Shown here one piece after another: positions 32,301 to 45,900 of a stretch of DNA of 64,000 nucleotides; the stretch's first letter is position 1, and each line of letters opens with the position of its first letter. The DNA comes from Mytilus edulis. Its lineage: Eukaryota. The position numbers and the translations under genes are program-made. The notes below the pieces were generated by a model, which searched no databases, had not been told where the DNA came from, and worked only from the letters and a program-made list of their open reading frames with translations. The DNA is taken from NCBI RefSeq assembly GCF_963676685.1, contig NC_092350.1, forward strand, positions 12,896,001-12,960,000. Reading direction: 5' to 3'.

Positions 32301-35300
32301 GTAGGACTCTAAAGTGCGATGGTCACGCTAAAGTACGATGGTGTCTCACGCTAAAGTGCGATGGTCACGCTAAAGAACGATGGTGTCTCACGCTAAAGTG
32401 CGATGGTTGTTTGTTCGCTCAAGTGCGATGGACCAAAAGGGTAAGATTCGAGGGATTAAAACATCGAGGTTAAAAAAAAATAGTCTTTTTACGAAAGATA
32501 ATTGGTGTAGATTGCCATACACAGAGTCTATCACTAATGGGAACATTTTAATTAGATTGCATTGTAAATTACAAATACAAAATAAGATTATTGTCGGAAT
32601 ATGTAACATTTTTTTTTAAGATTAAATCTAAACAAGAGAAAGAGGCGATGTTCGCTGACTTTTCTTCTTTTTCATAGTGACCACACAACCATGTTATATT
32701 TTCCTTCAATATACAAACGAATGTTTTAGCCAGTGACATCCCATTAGTCCGACAACCATTATTCCGACAGCCCAATACTTCAAACAGCCCACTATTTCGA
32801 CAACTCATTACTCCGACAGCCCAATATTCCGACAACCCATTACTCCGACAGCCCATTATTCCGACAATGTATCTGTCTTGTGGGTGTGGGTAAATTTTCT
32901 CTAAAAAGACCAACTCTGTTCTCTTTAATATTTGGGGTTGTCCGTTTTGATTCCAATTATTCTTTTCATGCGGGATATTTGTTTCATTATATTGGAGTTG
33001 ATACACATGCGTATTGCAACTGCTCAGTCCTTACCTCTGTCCCTCTTTCGTTTTACGTGTCTGGGTAATTTATTTGTCTTTATATTTCCTCGTTTGTGTG
33101 TCCACTGTCAGTCTGTGCTGTTCTAGTTCGCTGTTGTTTTTATTTCTTGTGTCTTGATCTACCTTCTTTCGCTAGATCTTCGGTTTCCCCCTTTCACGTA
33201 TCAGGGGAGTGAGGTTTCACCACAATTAACTACATAAATAAATATATCGGAGTTGGATTACACTACCCGCCCTCTTTGGTCGGAACACTTTCTATCCCTT
33301 GTGTCATTCATCTGAGTTTTATTCAAATTGATTTTGTCGCAGAAATAAGGGACAAATGTGGCGTCAGTCAAAATGAGAAAACAGAGACAAATACATACCC
33401 AGATCCTAAAAATAAGATGACAAATAGGATGAAATATGTGTTCAGAAAATATGATCAATTCCAATTATGAATACGGTATCATGTTTGGGAATGTGAATCC
33501 ACGAAGTACGGAGACAGTACAAGTCACTTCCAATAACGTTAGATCGGCCATGAGAGATGACACTCAATATATTTGTAGGGATACCAATTTTATACTCCGA
33601 GCTTATTTAAAATCTAGAAAAATATGCCTCTTTTATAATGGTTGGGGTAGGTGCAGGATTGATGATTTACAACAAAACTTATTACGAAAAACAAATATGA
33701 CGGACATGAATATTTCGGTAACTTTTATCTAAATATTCATAAGGAAAAGTGATATCGGGTCAATGACTATATGACATAGAAATATGCAGTAAATGCAATT
33801 TGACTGCTGAAATAGAGCAAGTCCAGTATAAAAGCCAATAACAACTAGTAAACAATCTAAAACAATGTGTGAAATTCTTGTCCTGCTTGTATCTTTGTCA
33901 AATTATCTAATTGTAATAACTTAGTACATTATGTGTTTTGTTTCAAGAAGAAAAATATTTGATATCATTGATTTTAAGAAAGATAGTTCATATGTTAATT
34001 AATGCTCATGCACTCATTACATTAGGAATTGAAAATGCCAGATACTCAAATTGCAAAAAATCGTATTGTACAGCTGATAAAGTTGAGGATGAGCGTCATT
34101 TTCAATCGAATTAATTTGAGGGATGAACTCTTCCAGCATATTTCTAGCACTTGTCAGAACTTTAAAAAGTTAGATAAACATGATTAATCAAGAAAACTTT
34201 ACTATTATCGGAAAAAATGATGATTTAATTGTTAGTTCTTTTAAACTATGTAGTACAGGTCTTGATACTGACTGTTGTTTGATATCAATGTGTTGGGTGT
34301 TTTTTCCCCCCTATTTTGTTTTGGTTCCGATTGTGACTGTGGATTATGGTGAAATAAAATTAAAAGATACATTGTAACTATATCATATTAGTATTGTAAT
34401 GTCTTAATGTTATACCAATCATTTTATACCGCCGCTTCGAAAAAGTGGGGAGTATATTGTTTTGCCTCTGTCTATCCGTCCGTCCATCCGTCAGTCCGTC
34501 CGTCTGTCCCATGAATATTTTCGTTGCATCTTTTTTAATGAACAACATTACAAGAATTTCTGAAATGGTTTCAGGGTTAATTGAAGTCGGCTTTATCGTG
34601 TGATGCGTTTTCAGATTCATAACTCAACAACTATCTGTTTACCGAAAACTTTTCACATGAGAGCTAAGTTGAAAATTATCATCATATTTTTCTCAGAAAC
34701 TACAATACAATGATTTCTGAAATTTGGTTTCAAGGATTATATAAGTCAATTATACTGTGTGATACTTTTTCAGATTCACAACTGAACAACTTCCTGTTTA
34801 CCGAAATATTTGGGCGGGGGTATCATCAGTAGCTCGCACCATCACTGGTTGGTCTTGATTTATATGCTCTTTATAGACCTTGTATTTTGGAAAATAAATC
34901 TCTTTTCTGTTCTGTTCTATATACAGATTTCGAATTGAGTATAGGGAAAGTACTCGAACTAGCTTAGTCTTATGTAATATATACGGAGTTATTTCTTAAA
35001 ATATGTTATTACATAAACGTAATAATTCAGACAGACAAATGTTATGTTACTCAGATACCCTTATACTTGACTTGATAAGTGTCAGCATTATGGGTTGTCG
35101 GAGTATTGGGCTGTCGGAGCAATGGGTTGTCGGACTAGTGGGTTGTCGGACTGATGGGCTGTCGGATTAATGGTGTGTAACTTTTAGCCGACCAAATCAA
35201 ATTATAATTTACGCATGAAAACAAGTACTTTTTTTTACCGACGTTACTTTCCAATAAAATCGACAACGTTTTCAAGGGAACTGCAAAGTAAACTGCAACA

Positions 35301-35638
35301 TAAAAAATGATTCAAATATATCTTTTCGCTTCCACCAAAACCAGGATACATGATATCCATGCGAATACCGACAAAGCACGGTCAGGTTTAAATCACTTCA
35401 GTCATTGACATTTGGTTTTAAAGGTGTTAATAAAATATTTGTAATTTATCTTCCGGCGTGTTCAATTTATAGTTTGTATAAACGACTGTTAACGTCATAA
35501 TCCAACTACGTTTCGTACGTAGATACTGTCGCGGACCATCGCACTTTAGCGTATGGAGGCATCGGACTTTAGCGTAGACCATCGCATTTTAGCGTGACCA
35601 TTGTACTTCAGTGTCCCCATGGCACTTTAGAGTCCTAC
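32301..35638. mobile_element. Non-autonomous TIR DNA transposon with subterminal repeats, in an (AT)n site
   Basis: GTAGGACTCTAAAGTGC.../...GCACTTTAGAGTCCTAC; repeated CGCTAAAGTGCGATGGT near both ends; ATATAT on both flanks. Confidence 0.8.
32733..35181. mobile_element. Nested TIR element with ~19-bp subterminal repeats (CCGACA cores), 8-9-bp TSD
   Basis: Inverted CCGACA/TGTCGG arrays at 32740-32870 and 35090-35170; flanks TTTTAGCCA / TTTTAGCCG. Confidence 0.75.
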
Positions 35639-37734
35639 ATATATGTTTGTCGCAATTTACGAAATTTTTCTTATATCTAACTGACTGATAATTTCTTTTC
35701 CCAGCACAGCAGAGTGATATGAACAATTATCGCTAGAAACTAAGGGCGCACCAGCCCCTTGTCATTAATATTGAAATTAACAATGTCGTCATAGGTAAAA
35801 TAGCAACAAACGGATTATCATTGGTCATCTCAACTCGATTGTTTTTCTCACTTGCGCCGTACCGGCTCAATCATAAAAATCATTCTCGTTCAGTTGATCA
35901 ACGATAATCTATAAAAATGAAAAAGCGTTATAAATGGTATAAAAAATATTTTAGTCTCATGCAACCTTTGGGTTTATAGACATATCTGAAAACTGGCCGA
36001 AAGTAGAGCGGTTGCTAGCAAGTGGCTCGGGTTTTAATGCAAATGTGTGAACAATCAGCTTGGTTTTATCCCTGATATGTTTAGACTATGTAATAAGTTC
36101 AATATCTTGCAATATACTGTTAATCTTATCGAACTAGGATCTTTTCCTTCAAAAACTGTCTGGAACAATGTAGTGTTACAAAACTTTCACAAGACTGAAC
36201 AATTGAAGTGGCTAGAAAGAATTTCAAACGATAGAGACTTCAACTTTTTCAAACTTATCCATCCAGTCATTATTTACATAAAGCATTTATAATTGCGAAG
36301 AGATAACCAGATTTAAGAGTAGCTTCAGAGTACATTTTGACCTGTGTGCTATTTATTGTACGTATGAAAGTTGAACATCTCCTATGTGAAAAATGCGGGA
36401 ATTTTCAAACGTTTAAGATCATAAACTATGCTCATGTGACTTAAACGTTTGTCCTTGATTATAGAAATGAAATGTGAAGAGACATCATAAACCTGAAGTC
36501 AATCATATGAACAGTCTATCATCTCTAGAATTCACACTTCTATCATGTGACACGAACTAGATAACGACGAGAGTAGTGTACTTATAAAACTTTGTGTCCA
36601 GCATATATATAACACATGTAAACTTTGTTTTATGGATAAGTTTCTGGTCATTAGCGACAATCACAATTGCTAAATTTGATGATCCTTTTTGTTGATACTT
36701 TGAACTGTCTAAGTGCGTGTTGTTTATGTGTATTGTTTCTAACGTGTTTATATGTTACGATATATTCTCTGTATAGAAAGAAAAAAGCCAAAAATAATAA
36801 CAATAATCCCTTTCTTTATGATTAAGCACGAGCGGTAGCGAGTATTTTACTGAAAGTGATTATCACTCTTTTAAAACCGTGAAAGATGTAAAGTGCTAAA
36901 GGTTCAAATAATTTCTTAATTGCTTTAATCAAGAACCTGTTCATTGTCAGAATATGTAGATTCAGATTCAATATTTTATTATAGTCTCACTACTTGCAAT
37001 ACTATTAGTTACATAGAGTGCTAGTGACCTAATACGGTATATATGGGGTCAGTAAATTCATATGGAATTTAGAATTTAATGACCCCATACATGTATATAC
37101 CGTATTAAGTCACTAGTGCACTATGTAACGAATTTATCTTACCGACTATCTTAACATGTTGCATTAGTTTAGTGACCTCTCACAGTGAGGAAGTCTTCTA
37201 TATCGTAAGCATTAAGAAACTATACTTCCATTGATCATCCAAAAACGGATAACCACTTGTTATCTTTGAATGTGTTTTTAAATTTATTTCAATCATTCAT
37301 TGTCTGTTTAAACCTTTAAAAGATTTTTTCTCAGTATCGTTTTGCTTGTATAAAGGGACGTACAATGTAACACTACTAACTGTGTATATTGAAAAGCCCT
37401 TAAACGCGATCTTACTACGTTCCCAGCAAAAACGTCGACATCATGTTCAATATCAATACAGTTCCATTCCTTCTAATTCTGATTAATACATTGTACGTAG
37501 ATTTCAAGAAAAAATACAGTCATGCCACCGAAATAAACTAGAACTAGTGTGCGTGGTGGTAGGGGTTTGTGTAGAGGCAGAGGGAGCTCTGATACATGTA
37601 GTAACTAATCCTGATCAAGCAGTGATATCGGACAGACCAATCCAACCTAAATTGCAACCTATTATAACTGGTCCATGAGGCTCAAATGACGATATTTTAG
37701 TGAACGATGGCAGAAATGACACAGTAGTGTCAAT

Positions 37735-38520
37735 AGATATGGGAAGATGTGGTATGGGTGCCAATGAGACAACTCTCCATCCAAGTAACAATTAATTTAT
37801 AAAAGTAAACCTATGTAGGCCAAGGTACGGCCTTCAACACGGAGCCTTGGCTCACACCGAACAGCAAGCTATAAATGGTCCCAAAAATTACTAGTGTAAA
37901 ACCATTCAAACGAGAAAACCAACGCCGGTCTAATCTATACAAAAACAAAGCATGGTTGAGCCGTTAGAGAAAATGGACAAGAAGTCTAATTACATACTGA
38001 CAAACAAAACCTGGAGAGATTTAATATATTTTATGTGAAAATGACAATGAGAATGATGGTCGTAGTATGAACGTAGTTAGGTGGTAAGAAGAGCGTGATG
38101 AGGACGACAAGGGCGTGCTAGAATCGTACTATGGTCTTGAATAGCGTGGTGTAAACGTGGTACCCAATATAGGCCAAGGTACGGCCTTCAACACGGAGCC
38201 TTGGCTCACACCGAACAGCAAGCTATAAATGATCCCAAAAATTACTAGTGTAAAACCATTCAAACAGGAAAACCAACGCCGGTCTAATCTATACAAAAAC
38301 GAGAAGCATGGTTGAGCCGTAAGAGAAAATGGACAAGAAGTCTAATTACATACTGACAAACAAAACCTGGAGAGATTTAATATATTTTATGTGAAAATGA
38401 CAATGAGAATGATGGTCGTAGTAAGAACATAGTCTGGTCGTAAGAAGAGAGTGACGAGGACGGCAAGGGCGTGCTAGAATCGTACTATGGTCTTGAATAG
38501 CGTGGTGTAAACGTGGTATA
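37735..38520 (+). repeat. Host interspersed repeat plus local ~355-bp tandem duplication
   Basis: GCCAATGAGACAACTCTCC family (related copies at ~48300, 53320, 61950); ~37815-38163 is repeated at ~38170-38520. Confidence 0.8.
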
Positions 38521-39997
38521 GTCGTAGAGGAAGCGTAGTTGGATCGCGGTGAGAAACGTGATGGTCGTAATGAGGTCGTAATAACGTCGCTGTGAGATCG
38601 TAGCGCAGTATCTCCGAATAGAATCACGCTTTCGCTACGCTCTCGCTACAATGGTACAGCGACCTTTGCGATCTTACCACGACATAAGTGCGCTCTCACT
38701 ACGCTTCTACAACGACCTCATTTCGCCACGACTGCACCACGATTGTTTTGAAATGTTCAAAGTTGGCCACGCTCATCACGATCTTGAAGACCTCACCACG
38801 ACCGTGATACGACCTTACTGCGATCTACACGATAGTACTATGATCGTCAAAATTTTTCATTTTTTTCACAGATCGTAGTGCGATCGTGGCCTAGTGGGAC
38901 TGTGGTATTAGCAAGAGCATTACTGTAACACCATTTAAATATTCTACAATTCAATCTATATGTACACATTATGTTACATCTAGTCCAGTGCCGAAAATAC
39001 ATGTCCAGCTTTTAAAACACTTGGAGGTCACCAGCCCATATCCGCTTGGATTGCATCGTTCGGGTATATTTTTCTTGATTTACAGTTCAATATCAATAAA
39101 TATAACTTTAGATACAGTTACAAATTTTCCACAGCTAATATTTGAATTTTAATTATTTACATTTCATACAGTTTCATTAAGTAAGACAATTGATTAGAAT
39201 GAAATGACCAAATACAATGCCTTTAAATTTAAATACTTTTTAATACGCTAAGCAAACAATTTAAAGGTTAACGTAACCCCCTACATGTAAATACTATTTT
39301 TACCAACCGCGGTTTATTTAATCTGAAATTTCGTAAGTGTATAAGCTCAAAGATTAAGTTACATTTATTCATTCTTTCCTTCTTTGTGGATAAAGCATTT
39401 TTCTTATTAGTACGTTTGAAGTTATGTGTATTCAATTTATAACTTTTACTGCAACAGTAAATTCAACTTTTATGATATGTGTTTTTAAAGCTTCATGTAC
39501 TAGTCAACATATAGAGCTGAAGAAGTATTAGGGTGCTGTTTAATTTTTAACCAATTTCAATAATGAAATTTAATCTTCTTGAATTCGCGCACCTGTATCT
39601 CATTTATAGAAACTTTTTGTTTTGGATTGTAAGTACATGTAGGGTTGAACAATAGAACAAACCCTCACTAAGAATATGATTGTCATTCATTTTAAACAAT
39701 TAAACACGTCAAATCCTACAATTTCATCGGTTCCGACCACTTTACTATATTCTTACAGAATTAAATCCTTTTATTTACTAATCTTGTTATCTACTTTTAA
39801 CGATTCTTTAGTATTAATCATATTATGAGTTTAACAAGTTGGACAACTGAAACCAGATATGTTAACAACGCTGTCCAGTGAACCGTATCACAGAGCACCG
39901 CGACCTTACCCAGACATTTACTGTTATTATAACATTCAAAGACGTTTGTTTGATTTATGATATTTTTCCAAATATTGTTCAAGTAGTTAGTTCAAGC

Positions 39998-42900
39998 ATG
40001 GACAACTTAAAGACAGAATTACTAACCGGACTTTCGGCAAATCCAATGTTTATTCCAGCATGGTACCGTTATGACGAAGAAGGATCTCGGTTAAATGATA
40101 TTTGTATGGAGCAGTGCAAATATTACTACTTTCATCGTTTTGAAAGGAACATCCTGATTGACATTATAACAGTACGTACTCATAAATTAAGGTGGCTCGG
40201 GCGTATTCGAAGTTTCTATCAGAAGTGCCGTATTTTTGGTTATTTTATTCTTTAAAGAAAATGAATCAAATTGGTCGAAAAAAAATAGGGTGTCACGGAC
40301 CATTTAAGCTCAAAATTTTACTTTTAAACACTGTCAGGTATGTAAAAGGGACCATTTTTCAATGAAATGATAGGGGAAATAGAGGTGTTGACATATTTTT
40401 TTCGGAATATCAAAAAAACGTTCTATGACAATTGTTCCAAATCTGTAATATGAAAAGCTGGAATACAGCTTCAAAGAATGAGCCAATAAAATACATAGGT
40501 CACCGATAAGGAAAAAAAAATATTTTGCCTTGCAACCCAAATTTTGGCGGGAAAATGGTAAAAATGGGTGAAATGTCATTTTGACCCTTTAAAAAATACC
40601 GATAATAACGAAAATATTCTATTAGTCACATAACTACAATGATTTAATATTTCTAATCAATCAAAATATTAAAAAAAATTACGACAATTACTTTTGTAAT
40701 TCATGCGTGAAATTATGCGCAGTCGAATAGTCCCGAGCCACCTTTAGCTAATATGTCGCTTAAATGTGCAAAAGGGATGAGACACAAGTTAATCAAACTT
40801 ATATAGTCTTCTCCCATAAAAATTTATAACAGTAGAATATTTACAAAGCATGTATACAAACAATACATTATATATATATATATATAAAAAATATTTGAAC
40901 TGTGAAGAGATGGTGTGTGATGATGTGACTGGTTATACACAATATGCATGTATTTGCACTTTATAATGTGCTATATTACACAATTACAAACCTCTTAGAC
41001 TCTTTAATAAATTCATATACATTCTTTACAATTCTTTCATTTTCAACATTAGTTAAAGACGTATCGCCAGAGGTTAAGATGTTCAAATTTAGTAGAGAGT
41101 TAAATAGAGAGTATTAAATAATTGGGTTCTTATATTCGAAAAATTAGGACAATAAAAAAAGAAGTGACGTGAATCTTCGCACTTAGCACCACAGCTACAA
41201 GACGGATCTGAAATAATGTTGACTCTGTTAAGATCATAATTCAAAAAAGAAGCTGAGCACCTAAGTTGTGTCAAAATAATATTGAGTTTACGATTGCCAA
41301 AGTCATAATGTTTTGGTACTTGGGCTTTTGAATTTATTTTAAGATTTTTTAGTTCGGTTTAAATTTACCTAAAGAGTAAATGTTGCGTGTCCGCACCACA
41401 TTAAGGTTATTCCACAGTCGTATTGTTGAAGGTATGAAGGATTCTTGGGTTAATGAAAGTCTACAAAAAGGGTATATGATATCATTCCCATTACGTAATG
41501 GATAAACAGTTTTAATTTGGATTGTTAGTGGAATTGAATTGCAAAGATCGGCTGGTGCATTATTATGTTGAATATTATAGAATAATTGTACCTTCCTTCT
41601 TTCTCGTCGTTCAGCTAGAGTTTCCCAACCAATCACATCATAGATAATTCTATTAATTGTAAAAATAGGAAGACCTGTTACAATTATGGCTGCCTCAAGC
41701 TGCAGCTGTTCTAATTTTTTACAATAACTCACACCCATATTAACCCAAAGTTCACATGCATATTCGAGTAGCGGTCTAATAAAAGTCAAGTAAAGCTTTC
41801 CTAAGTTGCTCCTACTTATCCTGTACTTTAATGTTCTAAGTACATTCAAATGTTTAAATACATTTTTTATGATAATTCAACATGGGTGATCCATTTAACA
41901 TCTTGACTAAATGTAACACCCAAGACGTGTTTATGGAAGTCTGTAACTTCAATCCTCTAACCATTGAAAGTGAAATTCATTTCTGGAGTTTCAATGTATG
42001 AAAACAACATTATTTCTGTTTTTCTGGGTTAAAGGACATCAGCCATTTCTTAGACCAATCGCTCAGCTCACTCATGTCGTTTAGATAGAAAAGAATAATA
42101 TATGCAATAAATACACATGGAAAAAAGTATTGCAACACCAAATTGAAATTCAAATTAAAAAAACACTCTTTATTTTTTTGTGATATAATTTGTTGAAATA
42201 GAACTATTTAAACATTCTTTAAATATTACTTGAGTTTAATTAATAAATATCGACTCGATAAGTTCTTATCTGCACATGCAGCTACTGTATTCGTAAACAA
42301 TAAAACAGATTTTTTTTATCTTCACTGTTTTCAACACTTTAAATAACCAAGTTTATAAAGTTATGTGATTGACACCTTGTAATTGGTCATCCAGACTACA
42401 ACTCATAACTGCAGCAAGATGGTAGATAATCAGCATTAGAGAAGCATGTATGTCGATGTGACAATTGCACGTATTGTTGGTTATCACCATTCTACTATAA
42501 GTCGTTTTGAGAATAAAAATCAGGCAACAAACGATGTTAAAGACCGTCCGAGATCAAGAAGATCCCCTATAACATATGCTAGGGAAAATCAAGCATAATG
42601 AAGGTTGGTCAGAAGGAACCCCATTGCAAACAATACAATCCTAAAAAGAGGGTGATGACCATACAGGAGCCTTTAAACAAGAACTGTTAAATCGGCTCAT
42701 CGCTACTGGTTATCGAGCGATGAGACCATTTCAGTGACCTTTGCCTACGAACAGACACAGTTGCCCGTATCCAATGTAGTGCAGAGCTCGCCAAAGTTGG
42801 AAATTAGCATCGTGGAAGAAGATCCATTGTTCCAATGGAATTCGGTTCATCTTTCTTTTTTTTTTTCTTTTTTTTTCCTTTTTAGTTGAAGTGTCCTAGA

Positions 42901-45900
42901 AATATCTTTAAAGTGTTTTACTTTGGAGAAATTAAAGTTTGAAGCATTTGGACTGTATTATATTCTTGTAGATTGTAGGATCTTACGTATTCGTCAAATT
43001 CAGATTTTAAAAAGAATTCGGTTTATCTTCCTTGGCCCGATCGTAGCCCGGATTCGAACCATACCGAGCATATATGGGACACTATTGGGCGTAAAGTGCA
43101 CGAAAGGACACCCCAGTTCAAACACGTCATGATATAAACAATACCCTTCGTAAGGAATGGTTGCTGCTACCTTAGCAACAAACTGGTCGACTTATGGTAG
43201 GAATCAGAAGACGTTAAGATGCGGTTATCTGTTTGAATGGAGGCTGCACACAAGTACTAATTCTTTGGCGTATAACGATCAACCATCATGTGAACAATCA
43301 TCTAAAGATTAATTTTGAAATGTCTGACATTGTAAAGTTCGACTACAGTAACAGTTGTAAAATGCATTTTTTTGTACAAAATACACTTCATTTTGTTATA
43401 AAAATTTTGGTTAAATAAAACAATTTTTTTCATACATTTTTTGTTCGTTTTAATGCCAATATTATTTTTCAAATATTTTATCATATTCCATCCAAAATAA
43501 GAGGCTGATTTTTCAAGTTTTAAAAAATCAAGGTGTTGCAATACTTTTTTCCATGTGTATATTAATAACATCGAAATAAAACGACTACGTACTGCAGTGT
43601 ATTGTAGATGATCATAAATTATCATTTATTGAGCATTACTATGATAGTGTTTGCATATGTGTAACATGTGTAACAAGCGATAGTAGACTTGTCATAAACT
43701 CAACGGACAATAACCCGTATCAGCTCTGTGTAACGTCACGTGATAGGGCTGATATGGGATTATCAGCCTGGTTGCGTTCGCACCTAGGCAGTATATGATA
43801 TGAAGTATAATACCTGTCTTTTTGTCTTTTTCCTTATCGACCCGGCAAAAATCTCTTGACCAATACTATAAATCGACTAACGACTCGGTATGATACCCCG
43901 GCCGATATGACTCTCGAGCTGATATGCAATCCTTATTGAAAACAATTTAGTTATTAAATTTATCCTATTCAGTAAAAATAGTTTGTTTTTTTTTTATAAA
44001 AAAGAAAGATGTAGTATAACTCTGACGAGACAATCATCTCTTGACAGAGAAGAAGTTAAAGACGAAAGGACAAATATGTGAACAAAATGTGGCATTGCAC
44101 GGCCTTCAACAGTTAGCAAAAACAAAATCATATAGAAAATTTAGAACTAACCAAATTAAGATCCAAAACCTGATTCAATTTAAAAAAAACAATAAACGAA
44201 CGAAAAACAAATTAAATGTAGACAGCAACCAAAGCGTCAGAGTTTAACAGGGTTCTCTAACCATCGCGGATAATGAGGTTACAGGCCAACATAAATGTAA
44301 AATGGACTTGATTCGGTCAATTCTAGGAACAGTTACAAAAGTTTGTTTTAATTTAATTTTGTAGATTGCCATCCTTTTCGTAACGTTCAGTCTTCGCAAG
44401 CAAAGCTTGGGGCTGAATAACATTTGCATCAATCGGATTCTGTTTTAGATTAAAAAAAAAAATACTTTTCTTTTATTGACAATGAAACTTGGCATGCAAG
44501 TCAGTATAAAACAATTGCGTCATTTCAAATTGAAAAAAACCTTTTCTAATTGGTAGATGCTAAAATTGTGTAAGGACTAAAGAGCCAGAGAAAAGAAAAC
44601 ATTACCAATTCTGAGGCTTTTTTTTTGTTTTGTTTGATGTAGTTGTATTTTAAAGGAATTAACAGAATATTTGAAAGATTCCAGAATGGTTGTTGACCTT
44701 GGTAGTGGAAATGCCACCAAGACAATGTTGATCTTAGATAAACTTTTAGAGACGCACGAATCTCTAACTTATGTCCCAGTAGATATTTCTAAAGGTTGGT
44801 ATGAACGCATTGTTTTCCCCTTACTAACCAAATGTGTTTTTCGAACGTGTCTATCTCCTTTTGTTGTTGAAATATTTGAACAGAAAGTCGATTATTTGTA
44901 AGCTGAAACATTTCTTGATCAATAACATATGCATACTGCATTTTAGGCTAGATAACACCATGGCTACAAAAGAAAAATACAAACAGACAAATAATAGTAC
45001 ACAAAACACAACATAGAAAAATAAAGACTAAGCAACATGAACCCCTCAGGTGCTCCGGAAGGGTATGGAGATCCAAAGATTCAAAGTATGACAATTAAAG
45101 ATTAAAATCATTTTGCATGTGGTTTAGTCTACAGCTCAAAAGAAAACTTGTATGATTTATAATTATATAATATACTGTAATTAAACAATATAACATAAAA
45201 CACAATGTTACCATATTTCTTCCAACGATACGTATTAGCAACAGAAATAGCTGCAGAAATAAGTTACTGTATAAAAAACGACTATTAGGATTTTCTGTGT
45301 CACTGCACACTGTACTAATTTTTCTAATGTTTTTGTATGCAATGTAGTGTTTGCCTAGCTAAGATTTTTTTTAAACATTGAACATTATTATTCACTATTT
45401 CATAGATTTTCTTAGCAAAACCGCTGCAAACGTGAAAACAATATATGGAAATAAATTAGATGTTCATCCAATCGGAGAGGAATACATGGTAGCACTGAGA
45501 AAAGTAAAGTTAGTATATTTATAATGTCTATGAATAGATGTTAATTGACTTAAAATGTTGCATCCTTGTTTGATTAATTGTTTCTCTGGAAAATCTACGA
45601 AAACGAAAACGACGCATAGTTTTTTTTTAATCGAATAACGTTTGAAATTGTCCTTTTCCATTAAAAGATTTTTTTTTATTAGATAGATTTTAGATAATTT
45701 ATTGTTTCTTATACAGAGACAATGCAGGCAATATAAATCACGAATGAATATGCAGTCAAGCTGTCGTGTGGTTTGACCAAATCATTTGTATCCAATAATG
45801 ATAAGGTATTCATAATCGCTTGTTTTGGTTTGAAAATTATAAAAGAAAAAAGAAATACATCGATTAAATAAATATTTCTTCTTTTTGTTTTATGAAAAAT

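Noticed and set aside
39878-39997. N-terminal extension of the EgtD-like gene
   Set aside because: GTG start; family similarity begins at the ATG at 39998.
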